Shown piece after piece: positions 25,513 to 37,200 of a stretch of DNA of 64,000 nt. Position numbers and translations under genes: made by a program. Position 1 is the first letter of the stretch; each line of letters opens with the position of its first letter. The notes under the pieces are model-generated. The model made no database searches and was not told where the DNA came from. It worked only from the letters and a program-made list of their open reading frames with translations. The stretch is from Utricularia gibba (taxonomy: Eukaryota; Plantae; Magnoliophyta). The stretch spans positions 15,479-79,478 of the forward strand of contig NEEC01000197.1 of assembly GCA_002189035.1 (NCBI GenBank). Reading direction: 5' to 3'.

Positions 25513-28500
25513 TCAGTTGTAGCCCGGAAAATAAGTGATGCATTTATCAACGTTGGGTTTTCGGCGGCTGCCTGAATGGTTTTTCAAGCAATAGCTTGCC
25601 ATTTTAAGGCGGGTGCTGTCGTTGGCAGCTTTGTAAGGGCCCAAGGTTCGGTCTGGCTCCTGAGCCCAATCGGGTGCTACTCGATGAAAATCGTGATGCA
25701 TTTTTTGAAGTTAGGATGTCATGAGCACCCCAAATGGTTTTCTCAACAACCTGATTTATATTTGAGGAGGCGCTCTAGGCTGGCACTAGTATCGAGCAAA
25801 TGGTCGAGTCGCGCTCTGGCCCATAGTCATTTGTAGCCCGGCCAAAAAAGTGATGCATTTATTAACGTTGGGTTTTCGGCGGCTGCCTACATGCTTTTTT
25901 CGAGGAAAAGTTGTCGTTTTTTTGCGGGTGCTGTTGTTGGGAACTTCGTCCGGACCCAAGGTCGGTCTGACTTCACAGCACAATCCGATCCCATTCGACG
26001 AAAATCGTGACACCTTTATTGAAGTTAGGATCTCATGACCACCCCAAATGGTTTTTTCAACAGCATGCTTTACACTTGACAAGGCTTTTGTGGGTCACCG
26101 AGATCGGGCCGGATTCGGGTCGGGCTTGAGCCCAAGTCAGCTGTAGCCCGGCAAAAGAAGTGATGCATTTATTAACGTTGGGTTGTCGGCGGCTGCCCAC
26201 ATGGTTTGTCAAGCAACAGCTTGCCATTTAAAGGCGGGTGCTGTCGTTGGGAGCTTTGTCCGGCCCGAGATTCGGTCTGGCTACTAAGCCCAATCGGGTC
26301 GCACTCGACGAAAATCGTAACGCATTTGATGTAGTTAGGATGTCATGAGAACCCCAATGGGTTTTCTCAACACTCTGCTATATATTTGAGAAGGCGCCCT
26401 CGGAGGGTTTCGGGATTGGGCCAGAGGTCGGGTCGGGCTCAGGCCAATAGTCAGTTGTAGCCCGGAAAATAAGTGATGCATTTATCAACGATGGGTTTTC
26501 GGCGGCTGCCTAAATGGTTTTTCAAGCAACAGCTTGCCGTTTTAAGGTGGGTGCTGTAGTTGGGAGCTTTGTCAGGGCCCGAGATTCGGTCTGGCTACTA
26601 AGCCCAATCGGGTCGTACTCGACGAAATCGTAATGCATTTGCTTTAGTTAGGATGTCATGAGAACCCCAACGGGTTTTCTCAACACTCTACTTTATATTT
26701 CAGAAGGCGCTCTTGGGGGGTTTCGGGATTGGGCCAGAGGTCGGGTCGGGCTATGGCCCATAGTCAGTTGTAGCCCGGAAAATAAGTGATGCATTTATCA
26801 ACGTTGGGTTTTCGGCGGCTGCCTGAATGGTTTTTCAAGCAATAGCTTGCCATTTTAAGGCGGGTGCTGTCGTTGGCAGCTTTGTAAGGGCCCAAGGTTC
26901 GGTCTGGCTCCTGAGCCCAATCGGGTGCTACTCGATGAAAATCGTGATGCATTTTTTGAAGTTAGGATGTCATGAGCACCCCAAATGGTTTTCTCAACAA
27001 CCTGATTTATATTTGAGGAGGCGCTCTAGGCTGGCACTAGTATCGAGCAAATGGTCGAGTCGCGCTCTGGCCCATAGTCATTTGTAGCCCGGCCAAAAAA
27101 GTGATGCATTTATTAACGTTGGGTTTTCGGCGGCTGCCTACATGCTTTTTTCGAGGAAAAGTTGTCGTTTTTTTGCGGGTGCTGTTGTTGGGAACTTCGT
27201 CCGGACCCAAGGTTCGGTCTGACTTCACAGCACAATCCGATCCCATTCGACGAAAATCGTGACACCTTTATGAAGTTAGGATCTCATGACCACCCCAAAT
27301 GGTTTTTTCAACAGCATGCTTTACACTTGACAAGGCGCTTTTGTGGGTCACCGAGATCGGGCCGGATTCGGGTCGGGCTTGAGCCCAAAGTCAGCTGTAG
27401 CCCGGCAAAAGAAGTGATGCATTTATTAACGTTGGGTTGTCGGCGGCTGCCCACATGGTTTGTCAAGCAATAGCTTGCCATTTAAAGTCGGGTGCTGTCG
27501 TTGGGAGCTTTGTCCGGCCCGAGATTCGGTCTGGCTACTAAGCCCAATCGGGTCGCACTCGACGAAAATCGTAACGCATTTGATGTAGTTAGGATGTCAT
27601 GAGAACCCCAATGGGTTTTCTCAACACTCTGCTATATATTTGAGAAGGCGCCCTCGGAGGGTTTCGGGATTGGGCCAGAGGTCGGGTCGGGCTCAGGCCA
27701 ATAGTCAGTTGTAGCCCGGAAAATAAGTGATGCATTTATCAACGATGGGTTTTCGGCGGCTGCCTAAATGGTTTTTCAAGCAACAGCTTGCCGTTTTAAG
27801 GTGGGTGCTGTAGTTGGGAGCTTTGTCAGGGCCCGAGATTCGGTCTGGCTACTAAGCCCAATCGGGTCGTACTCGACGAAATCGTAATGCATTTGCTTTA
27901 GTTAGGATGTCATGAGAACCCCAACGGGTTTTCTCAACACTCTACTTTATATTTCAGAAGGCGCTCTTGGGGGGTTTCGGGATTGGGCCAGAGGTCGGGT
28001 CGGGCTATGGCCCATAGTCAGTTGTAGCCCGGAAAATAAGTGATGCATTTATCAACGTTGGGTTTTCGGCGGCTGCCTGAATGGTTTTTCAAGCAATAGC
28101 TTGCCATTTTAAGGCGGGTGCTGTCGTTGGCAGCTTTGTAAGGGCCCAAGGTTCGGTCTGGCTCCTGAGCCCAATCGGGTGCTACTCGATGAAAATCGTG
28201 ATGCATTTTTTGAAGTTAGGATGTCATGAGCACCCCAAATGGTTTTCTCAACAACCTGATTTATATTTGAGGAGGCGCTCTAGGCTGGCACTAGTATCGA
28301 GCAAATGGTCGAGTCGCGCTCTGGCCCATAGTCATTTGTAGCCCGGCCAAAAAAGTGATGCATTTATTAACGTTGGGTTTTCGGCGGCTGCCTACATGCT
28401 TTTTTCGAGGAAAAGTTGTCGTTTTTTTGCGGGTGCTGTTGTTGGGAACTTCGTCCGGACCCAAGGACGGTCTGACTTCACAGCACAATCCGATCCCATT

Positions 28501-29269
28501 CGACGAAATCGTGATGCCTTTATTGAAGTTAGGATCTCATGACCACCCCAAATGGTTTTTTCAACAGCATGCTTTACACTTGACAAGGCGCTTTTGTGGG
28601 TCACCGAGATCGGGCCGGATTCGGGTCGGGCTTGAGCCCAAAGTCAGCTGTAGCCCGGCAAAAGAAGTGATGCATTTATTAACGTTGGGTTGTCGGCGGC
28701 TGCCCACATGGTTTGTCAAGCAATAGCTTGCCATTTAAAGTCGGGTGCTGTCGTTGGGAGCTTTGTCCGGCCCGAGATTCGGTCTGGCTACTAAGCCCAA
28801 TCGGGTCGCACTCGACGAAAATCGTAACGCATTTGATGTAGTTAGGATGTCATGAGAACCCCAATGGGTTTTCTCAACACTCTGCTATATATTTGAGAAG
28901 GCGCCCTCGGAGGGTTTCGGGATTGGGCCAGAGGTCGGGTCGGGCTCAGGCCAATAGTCAGTTGTAGCCCGGAAAATAAGTGATGCATTTATCAACGATG
29001 GGTTTTCGGCGGCTGCCTAAATGGTTTTTCAAGCAACAGCTTGCCGTTTTAAGGTGGGTGCTGTAGTTGGGAGCTTTGTCAGGGCCCGAGATTCGGTCTG
29101 GCTACTAAGCCCAATCGGGTCGTACTCGACGAAATCGTAATGCATTTGCTTTAGTTAGGATGTCATGAGAACCCCAACGGGTTTTCTCAACACTCTACTT
29201 TATATTTCAGAAGGCGCTCTTGGGGGTTTCGGGATTGGGCCAGAGGTCGGGTCGGGCTATGGCCCATAG

Positions 29270-30784
29270 TCAGTTGTAGCCCGGAAAATAAGTGATGCAT
29301 TTATCAACGTTGGGTTTTCGGCGGCTGCCTGAATGGTTTTTCAAGCAATAGCTTGCCATTTTAAGGCGGGTGCTGTCGTTGGCAGCTTTGTAAGGGCCCA
29401 AGGTTCGGTCTGGCTCCTGAGCCCAATCGGGTGCTACTCGATGAAAATCGTGATGCATTTTTTGAAGTTAGGATGTCATGAGCACCCCAAATGGTTTTCT
29501 CAACAACCTGATTTATATTTGAGGAGGCGCTCTAGGCTGGCACTAGTATCGAGCAAATGGTCGAGTCGCGCTCTGGCCCATAGTCATTTGTAGCCCGGCC
29601 AAAAAAGTGATGCATTTATTAACGTTGGGTTTTCGGCGGCTGCCTACATGCTTTTTTCGAGGAAAAGTTGTCGTTTTTTTGCGGGTGCTGTTGTTGGGAA
29701 CTTCGTCCGGACCCAAGGTCGGTCTGACTTCACAGCACAATCCGATCCCATTCGACGAAAATCGTGATGCCTTTATTGAAGTTAGGATCTCATGACCACC
29801 CCAAATGGTTTTTTCAACAGCATGCTTTACACTTGACAAGGCGCTTTTGTGGGTCACCGAGATCGGGCCGGATTCGGGTCGGGCTTGAGCCCAAGTCAGC
29901 TGTAGCCCGGCAAAAGAAGTGATGCATTTATTAACGTTGGGTTGTCGGCGGCACATGGTTTTCAAGCAATAGCTTGCCATTTAAAGTCGGGTGCTGTCGT
30001 TGGGAGCTTTGTCCGGCCCGAGATTCGGTCTGGCTACTAAGCCCAATCGGGTCGCACTCGACGAAAATCGTAACGCATTTGATGTAGTTAGGATGTCATG
30101 AGAACCCAATGGGTTTTCTCAACACTCTGCTATATATTTGAGAAGGCGCGGGTTTCGGGATTGGGCCAGAGGTCGGGTCGGGCTCAGGCCAATAGTCAGT
30201 TGTAGCCCGGAAAATAAGTGATGCATTTATCAACGATGGTTTTCGGCGGCTGCCTAAATGGTTTTTCAAGCAGCTTGCCGTTTCTTTGTCAGGGCCGAGA
30301 TTCGGTCTGGCTACTAAGCCCAATCGGGTCGTACTCGACGAAATCGTAATGCATTTGCTTAGTTAGGATGTCATGAGAACCCCAATGGGTTTTCTCAACA
30401 CTCTGCTTATATTTGAGAAGGCGCTCTCGGAGGGTTTCGGGATTGGGCCAGAGGTCGGGTCGGGCTCAGGCCAATAGTCAGTTGTAGCCCGGAAAATAAG
30501 TGATGCATTTATCAACGATGGTTTTCGGCGGCTGCCTAAATGGTTTTTCAAGCAACAGCTTGCCGTTTTAAGGTGGGTGCGTTGGGAGCTTTGTCAGGGC
30601 CCGAGATTCGGTCTGGCTACTAAGCCCAATCGGGTCGTACTCGACGAAATCGTAATGCATTTGCTTTAGTTAGGATGTCATGAGAACCCCAACGGGTTTT
30701 CTCAACACTCTACTTTATATTTCAGAAGGCGCTCTTGGGGGTTTCGGGATTGGGCCAGAGGTCGGGTCGGGCTATGGCCCATAG
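29270..30784. repeat. Variant 5-mer HOR A-B-C-D*-D
   Basis: Spacing is 1515 bp; D-type heads at 30196 and 30478. Confidence 0.88.
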
Positions 30785-33700
30785 TCAGTTGTAGCCCGGA
30801 AAATAAGTGATGCATTTATCAACGTTGGGTTTTCGGCGGCTGCCTGAATGGTTTTTCAAGCAATAGCTTGCCATTTTAAGGCGGGTGCTGTCGTTGGCAG
30901 CTTTGTAAGGGCCCAAGGTTCGGTCTGGCTCCTGAGCCCAATCGGGTGCTACTCGATGAAAATCGTGATGCATTTTTTGAAGTTAGGATGTCATGAGCAC
31001 CCCAAATGGTTTTCTCAACAACCTGATTTATATTTGAGGAGGCGCTCTAGGCTGGCACTAGTATCGAGCAAATGGTCGAGTCGCGCTCTGGCCCATAGTC
31101 ATTTGTAGCCCGGCCAAAAAAGTGATGCATTTATTAACGTTGGGTTTTCGGCGGCTGCCTACATGCTTTTTTCGAGGAAAAGTTGTCGTTTTTTTGCGGG
31201 TGCTGTTGTTGGGAACTTCGTCCGGACCCAAGGATCGGTCTGACTTCACAGCACAATCCGATCCCATTCGACGAAATCGTGATGCCTTTATTGAAGTTAG
31301 GATCTCATGACCACCCCAAATGGTTTTTTCAACAGCATGCTTTACACTTGACAAGGCGCTTTTGTGGGTCACCGAGATCGGGCCGGATTCGGGTCGGGCT
31401 TGAGCCCAAGTCAGCTGTAGCCCGGCAAAAGAAGTGATGCATTTATTAACGTTGGGTTGTCGGCGGCTGCCCACATGGTTTTCAAGCAACAGCTTGCCAT
31501 TTAAAGGCGGGTGCTGTCGTTGGGAGCTTTGTCCGGCCCGAGATTCGGTCTGGCTACTAAGCCCAATCGGGTCGCACTCGACGAAAATCGTAACGCATTT
31601 GATGTAGTTAGGATGTCATGAGAACCCCAATGGGTTTTCTCAACACTCTGCTATATATTTGAGAAGGCGCCCTCGGAGGGTTTCGGGATTGGGCCAGAGG
31701 TCGGGTCGGGCTCAGGCCAATAGTCAGTTGTAGCCCGGAAAATAAGTGATGCATTTATCAACGATGGGTTTTCGGCGGCTGCCTAAATGGTTTTTCAAGC
31801 AACAGCTTGCCGTTTTAAGGTGGGTGCTGTAGTTGGGAGCTTTGTCAGGGCCCGAGATTCGGTCTGGCTACTAAGCCCAATCGGGTCGTACTCGACGAAA
31901 TCGTAATGCATTTGCTTTAGTTAGGATGTCATGAGAACCCCAACGGGTTTTCTCAACACTCTACTTTATATTTCAGAAGGCGCTCTTGGGGGTTTCGGGA
32001 TTGGGCCAGAGGTCGGGTCGGGCTATGGCCCATAGTCAGTTGTAGCCCGGAAAATAAGTGATGCATTTATCAACGTTGGGTTTTCGGCGGCTGCCTGAAT
32101 GGTTTTTCAAGCAATAGCTTGCCATTTTAAGGCGGGTGCTGTCGTTGGCAGCTTTGTAAGGGCCCAAGGTTCGGTCTGGCTCCTGAGCCCAATCGGGTGC
32201 TACTCGATGAAAATCGTGATGCATTTTTTGAAGTTAGGATGTCATGAGCACCCCAAATGGTTTTCTCAACAACCTGATTTATATTTGAGGAGGCGCTCTA
32301 GGCTGGCACTAGTATCGAGCAAATGGTCGAGTCGCGCTCTGGCCCATAGTCATTTGTAGCCCGGCCAAAAAAGTGATGCATTTATTAACGTTGGGTTTTC
32401 GGCGGCTGCCTACATGCTTTTTTCGAGGAAAAGTTGTCGTTTTTTTGCGGGTGCTGTTGTTGGGAACTTCGTCCGGACCCAAGGTCGGTCTGACTTCACA
32501 GCACAATCCGATCCCATTCGACGAAATCGTGATGCCTTTATTGAAGTTAGGATCTCATGACCACCCCAAATGGTTTTTTCAACAGCATGCTTTACACTTG
32601 ACAAGGCGCTTTTGTGGGTCACCGAGATCGGGCCGGATTCGGGTCGGGCTTGAGCCCAAAGTCAGCTGTAGCCCGGCAAAAGAAGTGATGCATTTATTAA
32701 CGTTGGGTTGTCGGCGGCTGCCCACATGGTTTGTCAAGCAATAGCTTGCCATTTAAAGTCGGGTGCTGTCGTTGGGAGCTTTGTCCGGCCCGAGATTCGG
32801 TCTGGCTACTAAGCCCAATCGGGTCGCACTCGACGAAAATCGTAACGCATTTGATGTAGTTAGGATGTCATGAGAACCCCAATGGGTTTTCTCAACACTC
32901 TGCTATATATTTGAGAAGGCGCCCTCGGAGGGTTTCGGGATTGGGCCAGAGGTCGGGTCGGGCTCAGGCCAATAGTCAGTTGTAGCCCGGAAAATAAGTG
33001 ATGCATTTATCAACGATGGGTTTTCGGCGGCTGCCTAAATGGTTTTTCAAGCAACAGCTTGCCGTTTTAAGGTGGGTGCTGTAGTTGGGAGCTTTGTCAG
33101 GGCCCGAGATTCGGTCTGGCTACTAAGCCCAATCGGGTCGTACTCGACGAAATCGTAATGCATTTGCTTTAGTTAGGATGTCATGAGAACCCCAACGGGT
33201 TTTCTCAACACTCTACTTTATATTTCAGAAGGCGCTCTTGGGGGTTTCGGGATTGGGCCAGAGGTCGGGTCGGGCTATGGCCCATAGTCAGTTGTAGCCC
33301 GGAAAATAAGTGATGCATTTATCAACGTTGGGTTTTCGGCGGCTGCCTGAATGGTTTTTCAAGCAATAGCTTGCCATTTTAAGGCGGGTGCTGTCGTTGG
33401 CAGCTTTGTAAGGGCCCAAGGTTCGGTCTGGCTCCTGAGCCCAATCGGGTGCTACTCGATGAAAATCGTGATGCATTTTTTGAAGTTAGGATGTCATGAG
33501 CACCCCAAATGGTTTTCTCAACAACCTGATTTATATTTGAGGAGGCGCTCTAGGCTGGCACTAGTATCGAGCAAATGGTCGAGTCGCGCTCTGGCCCATA
33601 GTCATTTGTAGCCCGGCCAAAAAAGTGATGCATTTATTAACGTTGGGTTTTCGGCGGCTGCCTACATGCTTTTTTCGAGGAAAAGTTGTCGTTTTTTTGC

Positions 33701-35801
33701 GGGTGCTGTTGTTGGGAACTTCGTCCGGACCCAAGGATCGGTCTGACTTCACAGCACAATCCGATCCCATTCGACGAAATCGTGATGCCTTTATTGAAGT
33801 TAGGATCTCATGACCACCCCAAATGGTTTTTTCAACAGCATGCTTTACACTTGACAAGGCGCTTTTGTGGGTCACCGAGATCGGGCCGGATTCGGGTCGG
33901 GCTTGAGCCCAAAGTCAGCTGTAGCCCGGCAAAAGAAGTGATGCATTTATTAACGTTGGGTTGTCGGCGGCTGCCCACATGGTTTGTCAAGCAATAGCTT
34001 GCCATTTAAAGCGGGTGCTGTCGTTGGGAGCTTTGTCCGGCCCGAGATTCGGTCTGGCTACTAAGCCCAATCGGGTCGCACTCGACGAAAATCGTAACGC
34101 ATTTGATGTAGTTAGGATGTCATGAGAACCCCAATGGGTTTTCTCAACACTCTGCTATATATTTGAGAAGGCGCCCTCGGAGGGTTTCGGGATTGGGCCA
34201 GAGGTCGGGTCGGGCTCAGGCCAATAGTCAGTTGTAGCCCGGAAAATAAGTGATGCATTTATCAACGATGGGTTTTCGGCGGCTGCCTAAATGGTTTTTC
34301 AAGCAACAGCTTGCCGTTTTAAGGTGGGTGCTGTAGTTGGGAGCTTTGTCAGGGCCCGAGATTCGGTCTGGCTACTAAGCCCAATCGGGTCGTACTCGAC
34401 GAAATCGTAATGCATTTGCTTTTAGTGCTTGTAGTTAGGATGTCGGAGAACCCCAACGGGTTTTCTCAACACTCTACTTTATATTTCAGAAGGCGCTCTG
34501 GGGGGTTTCGGGATTGGGCCAGAGGTCGGGTCGGGCTATGGCCCATAGTCAGTTGTAGCCCGGAAAATAAGTGATGCATTTATCAACGTTGGGTTTTCGG
34601 CGGCTGCCTGAATGGTTTTTCAAGCAATAGCTTGCCATTTTAAGGCGGGTGCTGTCGTTGGCAGCTTTGTAAGGGCCCAAGGTTCGGTCTGGCTCCTGAG
34701 CCCAATCGGGTGCTACTCGATGAAAATCGTGATGCATTTTTTGAAGTTAGGATGTCATGAGCACCCCAAATGGTTTTCTCAACAACCTGATTTATATTTG
34801 AGGAGGCGCTCTAGGCTGGCACTAGTATCGAGCAAATGGTCGAGTCGCGCTCTGGCCCATAGTCATTTGTAGCCCGGCCAAAAAAGATGCATTTATTAAC
34901 GTTGGGTTTTCGGCGGCTGCCTACATGCTTTTTTCGAGGAAAAGTTGTCGTTTTTTTGCGGGTGCTGTTGTTGGGAACTTCGTCCGGACCCAAGGATCGG
35001 TCTGACTTCACAGCACAATCCGATCCCATTCGACGTAAATCGTGATGCCTTTATTGAAGTTAGGATCTCATGACCACCCCAAATGGTTTTTTCAACAGCA
35101 TGCTTTACACTTGACAAGGCGCTTTTGTGGGTCACCGAGATCGGGCCGGATTCGGGTCGGGCTTGAGCCCAAAGTCAGCTGTAGCCCGGCAAAAGAAGTG
35201 ATGCATTTATTAACGTTGGGTTGTCGGCGGCTGCCCACATGGTTTGTCAAGCAATAGCTTGCCATTTAAAGTCGGGTGCTGTCGTTGGGAGCTTTGTCCG
35301 GCCCGAGATTCGGTCTGGCTACTAAGCCCAATCGGGTCGCACTCGACGAAAATCGTAACGCATTTGATGTAGTTAGGATGTCATGAGAACCCCAATGGGT
35401 TTTCTCAACACTCTGCTATATATTTGAGAAGGCGCCCTCGGAGGGTTTCGGGATTGGGCCAGAGGTCGGGTCGGGCTCAGGCCAATAGTCAGTTGTAGCC
35501 CGGAAAATAAGTGATGCATTTATCAACGATGGGTTTTCGGCGGCTGCCTAAATGGTTTTTCAAGCAACAGCTTGCCGTTTTAAGGTGGGTGCTGTAGTTG
35601 GGAGCTTGTCAGGGCCCGAGATTCGGTCTGGCTACTAAGCCCAATCGGGTCGTACTCGACGAAATCGTAATGCATTTTGCTTTAGTTAGGATGTCATGAG
35701 AACCCCAACGGGTTTTCTCAACACTCTACTTTATATTTCAGAAGGCGCTCTTGGGGGGTTTCGGGATTGGGCCAGAGGTCGGGTCGGGCTATGGCCCATA
35801 G

Positions 35802-37200
35802 TCAGTTGTAGCCCGGAAAATAAGTGATGCATTTATCAACGTTGGGTTTTCGGCGGCTGCCTGAATGGTTTTTCAAGCAATAGCTTGCCATTTTAAGGCG
35901 GGTGCTGTCGTTGGCAGCTTTGTAAGGGCCCAAGGTTCGGTCTGGCTCCTGAGCCCAATCGGGTGCTACTCGATGAAAATCGTGATGCATTTTTTGAAGT
36001 TAGGATGTCATGAGCACCCCAAATGGTTTTCTCAACAACCTGATTTATATTTGAGGAGGCGCTCTAGGCTGGCACTAGTATCGAGCAAATGGTCGAGTCG
36101 CGCTCTGGCCCATAGTCATTTGTAGCCCGGCCAAAAAAGTGATGCATTTATTAACGTTGGGTTTTCGGCGGCTGCCTACATGCTTTTTTCGAGGAAAAGT
36201 TGTCGTTTTTTTGCGGGTGCTGTTGTTGGGAACTTCGTCCGGACCCAAGGTTCGGTCTGACTTCACAGCACAATCCGATCCCATTCGACGAAAATCGTGA
36301 CACCTTTATTGAAGTTAGGATCTCATGACCACCCCAAATGGTTTTTTCAACAGCATGCTTTACACTTGACAAGGCGCTTTTGTGGGTCACCGAGATCGGG
36401 CCGGATTCGGGTCGGGCTTGAGCCCAAGTCAGCTGTAGCCCGGCAAAAGAAGTGATGCATTTATTAACGTTGGGTTGTCGGCGGCTGCCCACATGGTTTT
36501 TCAAGCAACAGCTTGCCATTTAAAGGCGGGTGCTGTCGTTGGGAGCTTTGTCCGGCCCGAGACTAAGCCCAATCGGGTCTCGACGAAAATCGTAACGCAT
36601 TTGATGTAGTTAGGATGTCATGAGAACCCAATGGGTTTTCTCAACACTCTGCTATATATTTGTCGCGGATTGGGCCAGAGGTCGGGTCGGGCTCAGGCGT
36701 CAGTTGGGAAAATAAGTGATGCGCAAATGGTTTTTCTTAAAGCTTTGTCATTCGGTCTGGCTACTAAGAATCGACTCGACGAAATCGTAATGCCATGATG
36801 GGTTTTCTCAACACTCTGCTATATATTTGAGAAGGCGCCCTCGGGGTTTCGGGATTGGGCCAGAGGTCGGGTCGGGCTCAGGCCAATAGTCAGTTGTAGC
36901 CCGGAAAATAAGTGATGCATTTATCAACGATGGGTTTTCGGCGGCTGCCTAAATGGTTTTTCAAGCAACAGCTTGCCGTTTTAAGGTGGGTGCTGTGTTG
37001 GGAGCTTTGTCAGGGCCCGAGATTCGGTCTGGCTACTAAGCCCAATCGGGTCGTACTCGACGAAATCGTAATGCATTTGCTTTAGTTAGGATGTCATGAG
37101 AACCCCAACGGGTTTTCTCAACACTCTACTTTATATTTCAGAAGGCGCTCTTGGGGGTTTCGGGATTGGGCCAGAGGTCGGGTCGGGCTATGGCCCATAG
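35802..37200. repeat. Variant HOR A-B-C*-D*-D (extra D shredded to ~190 bp)
   Basis: Spacing is 1399 bp; D-type remnant at 36700-36889 and intact D at 36890. Confidence 0.82.
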
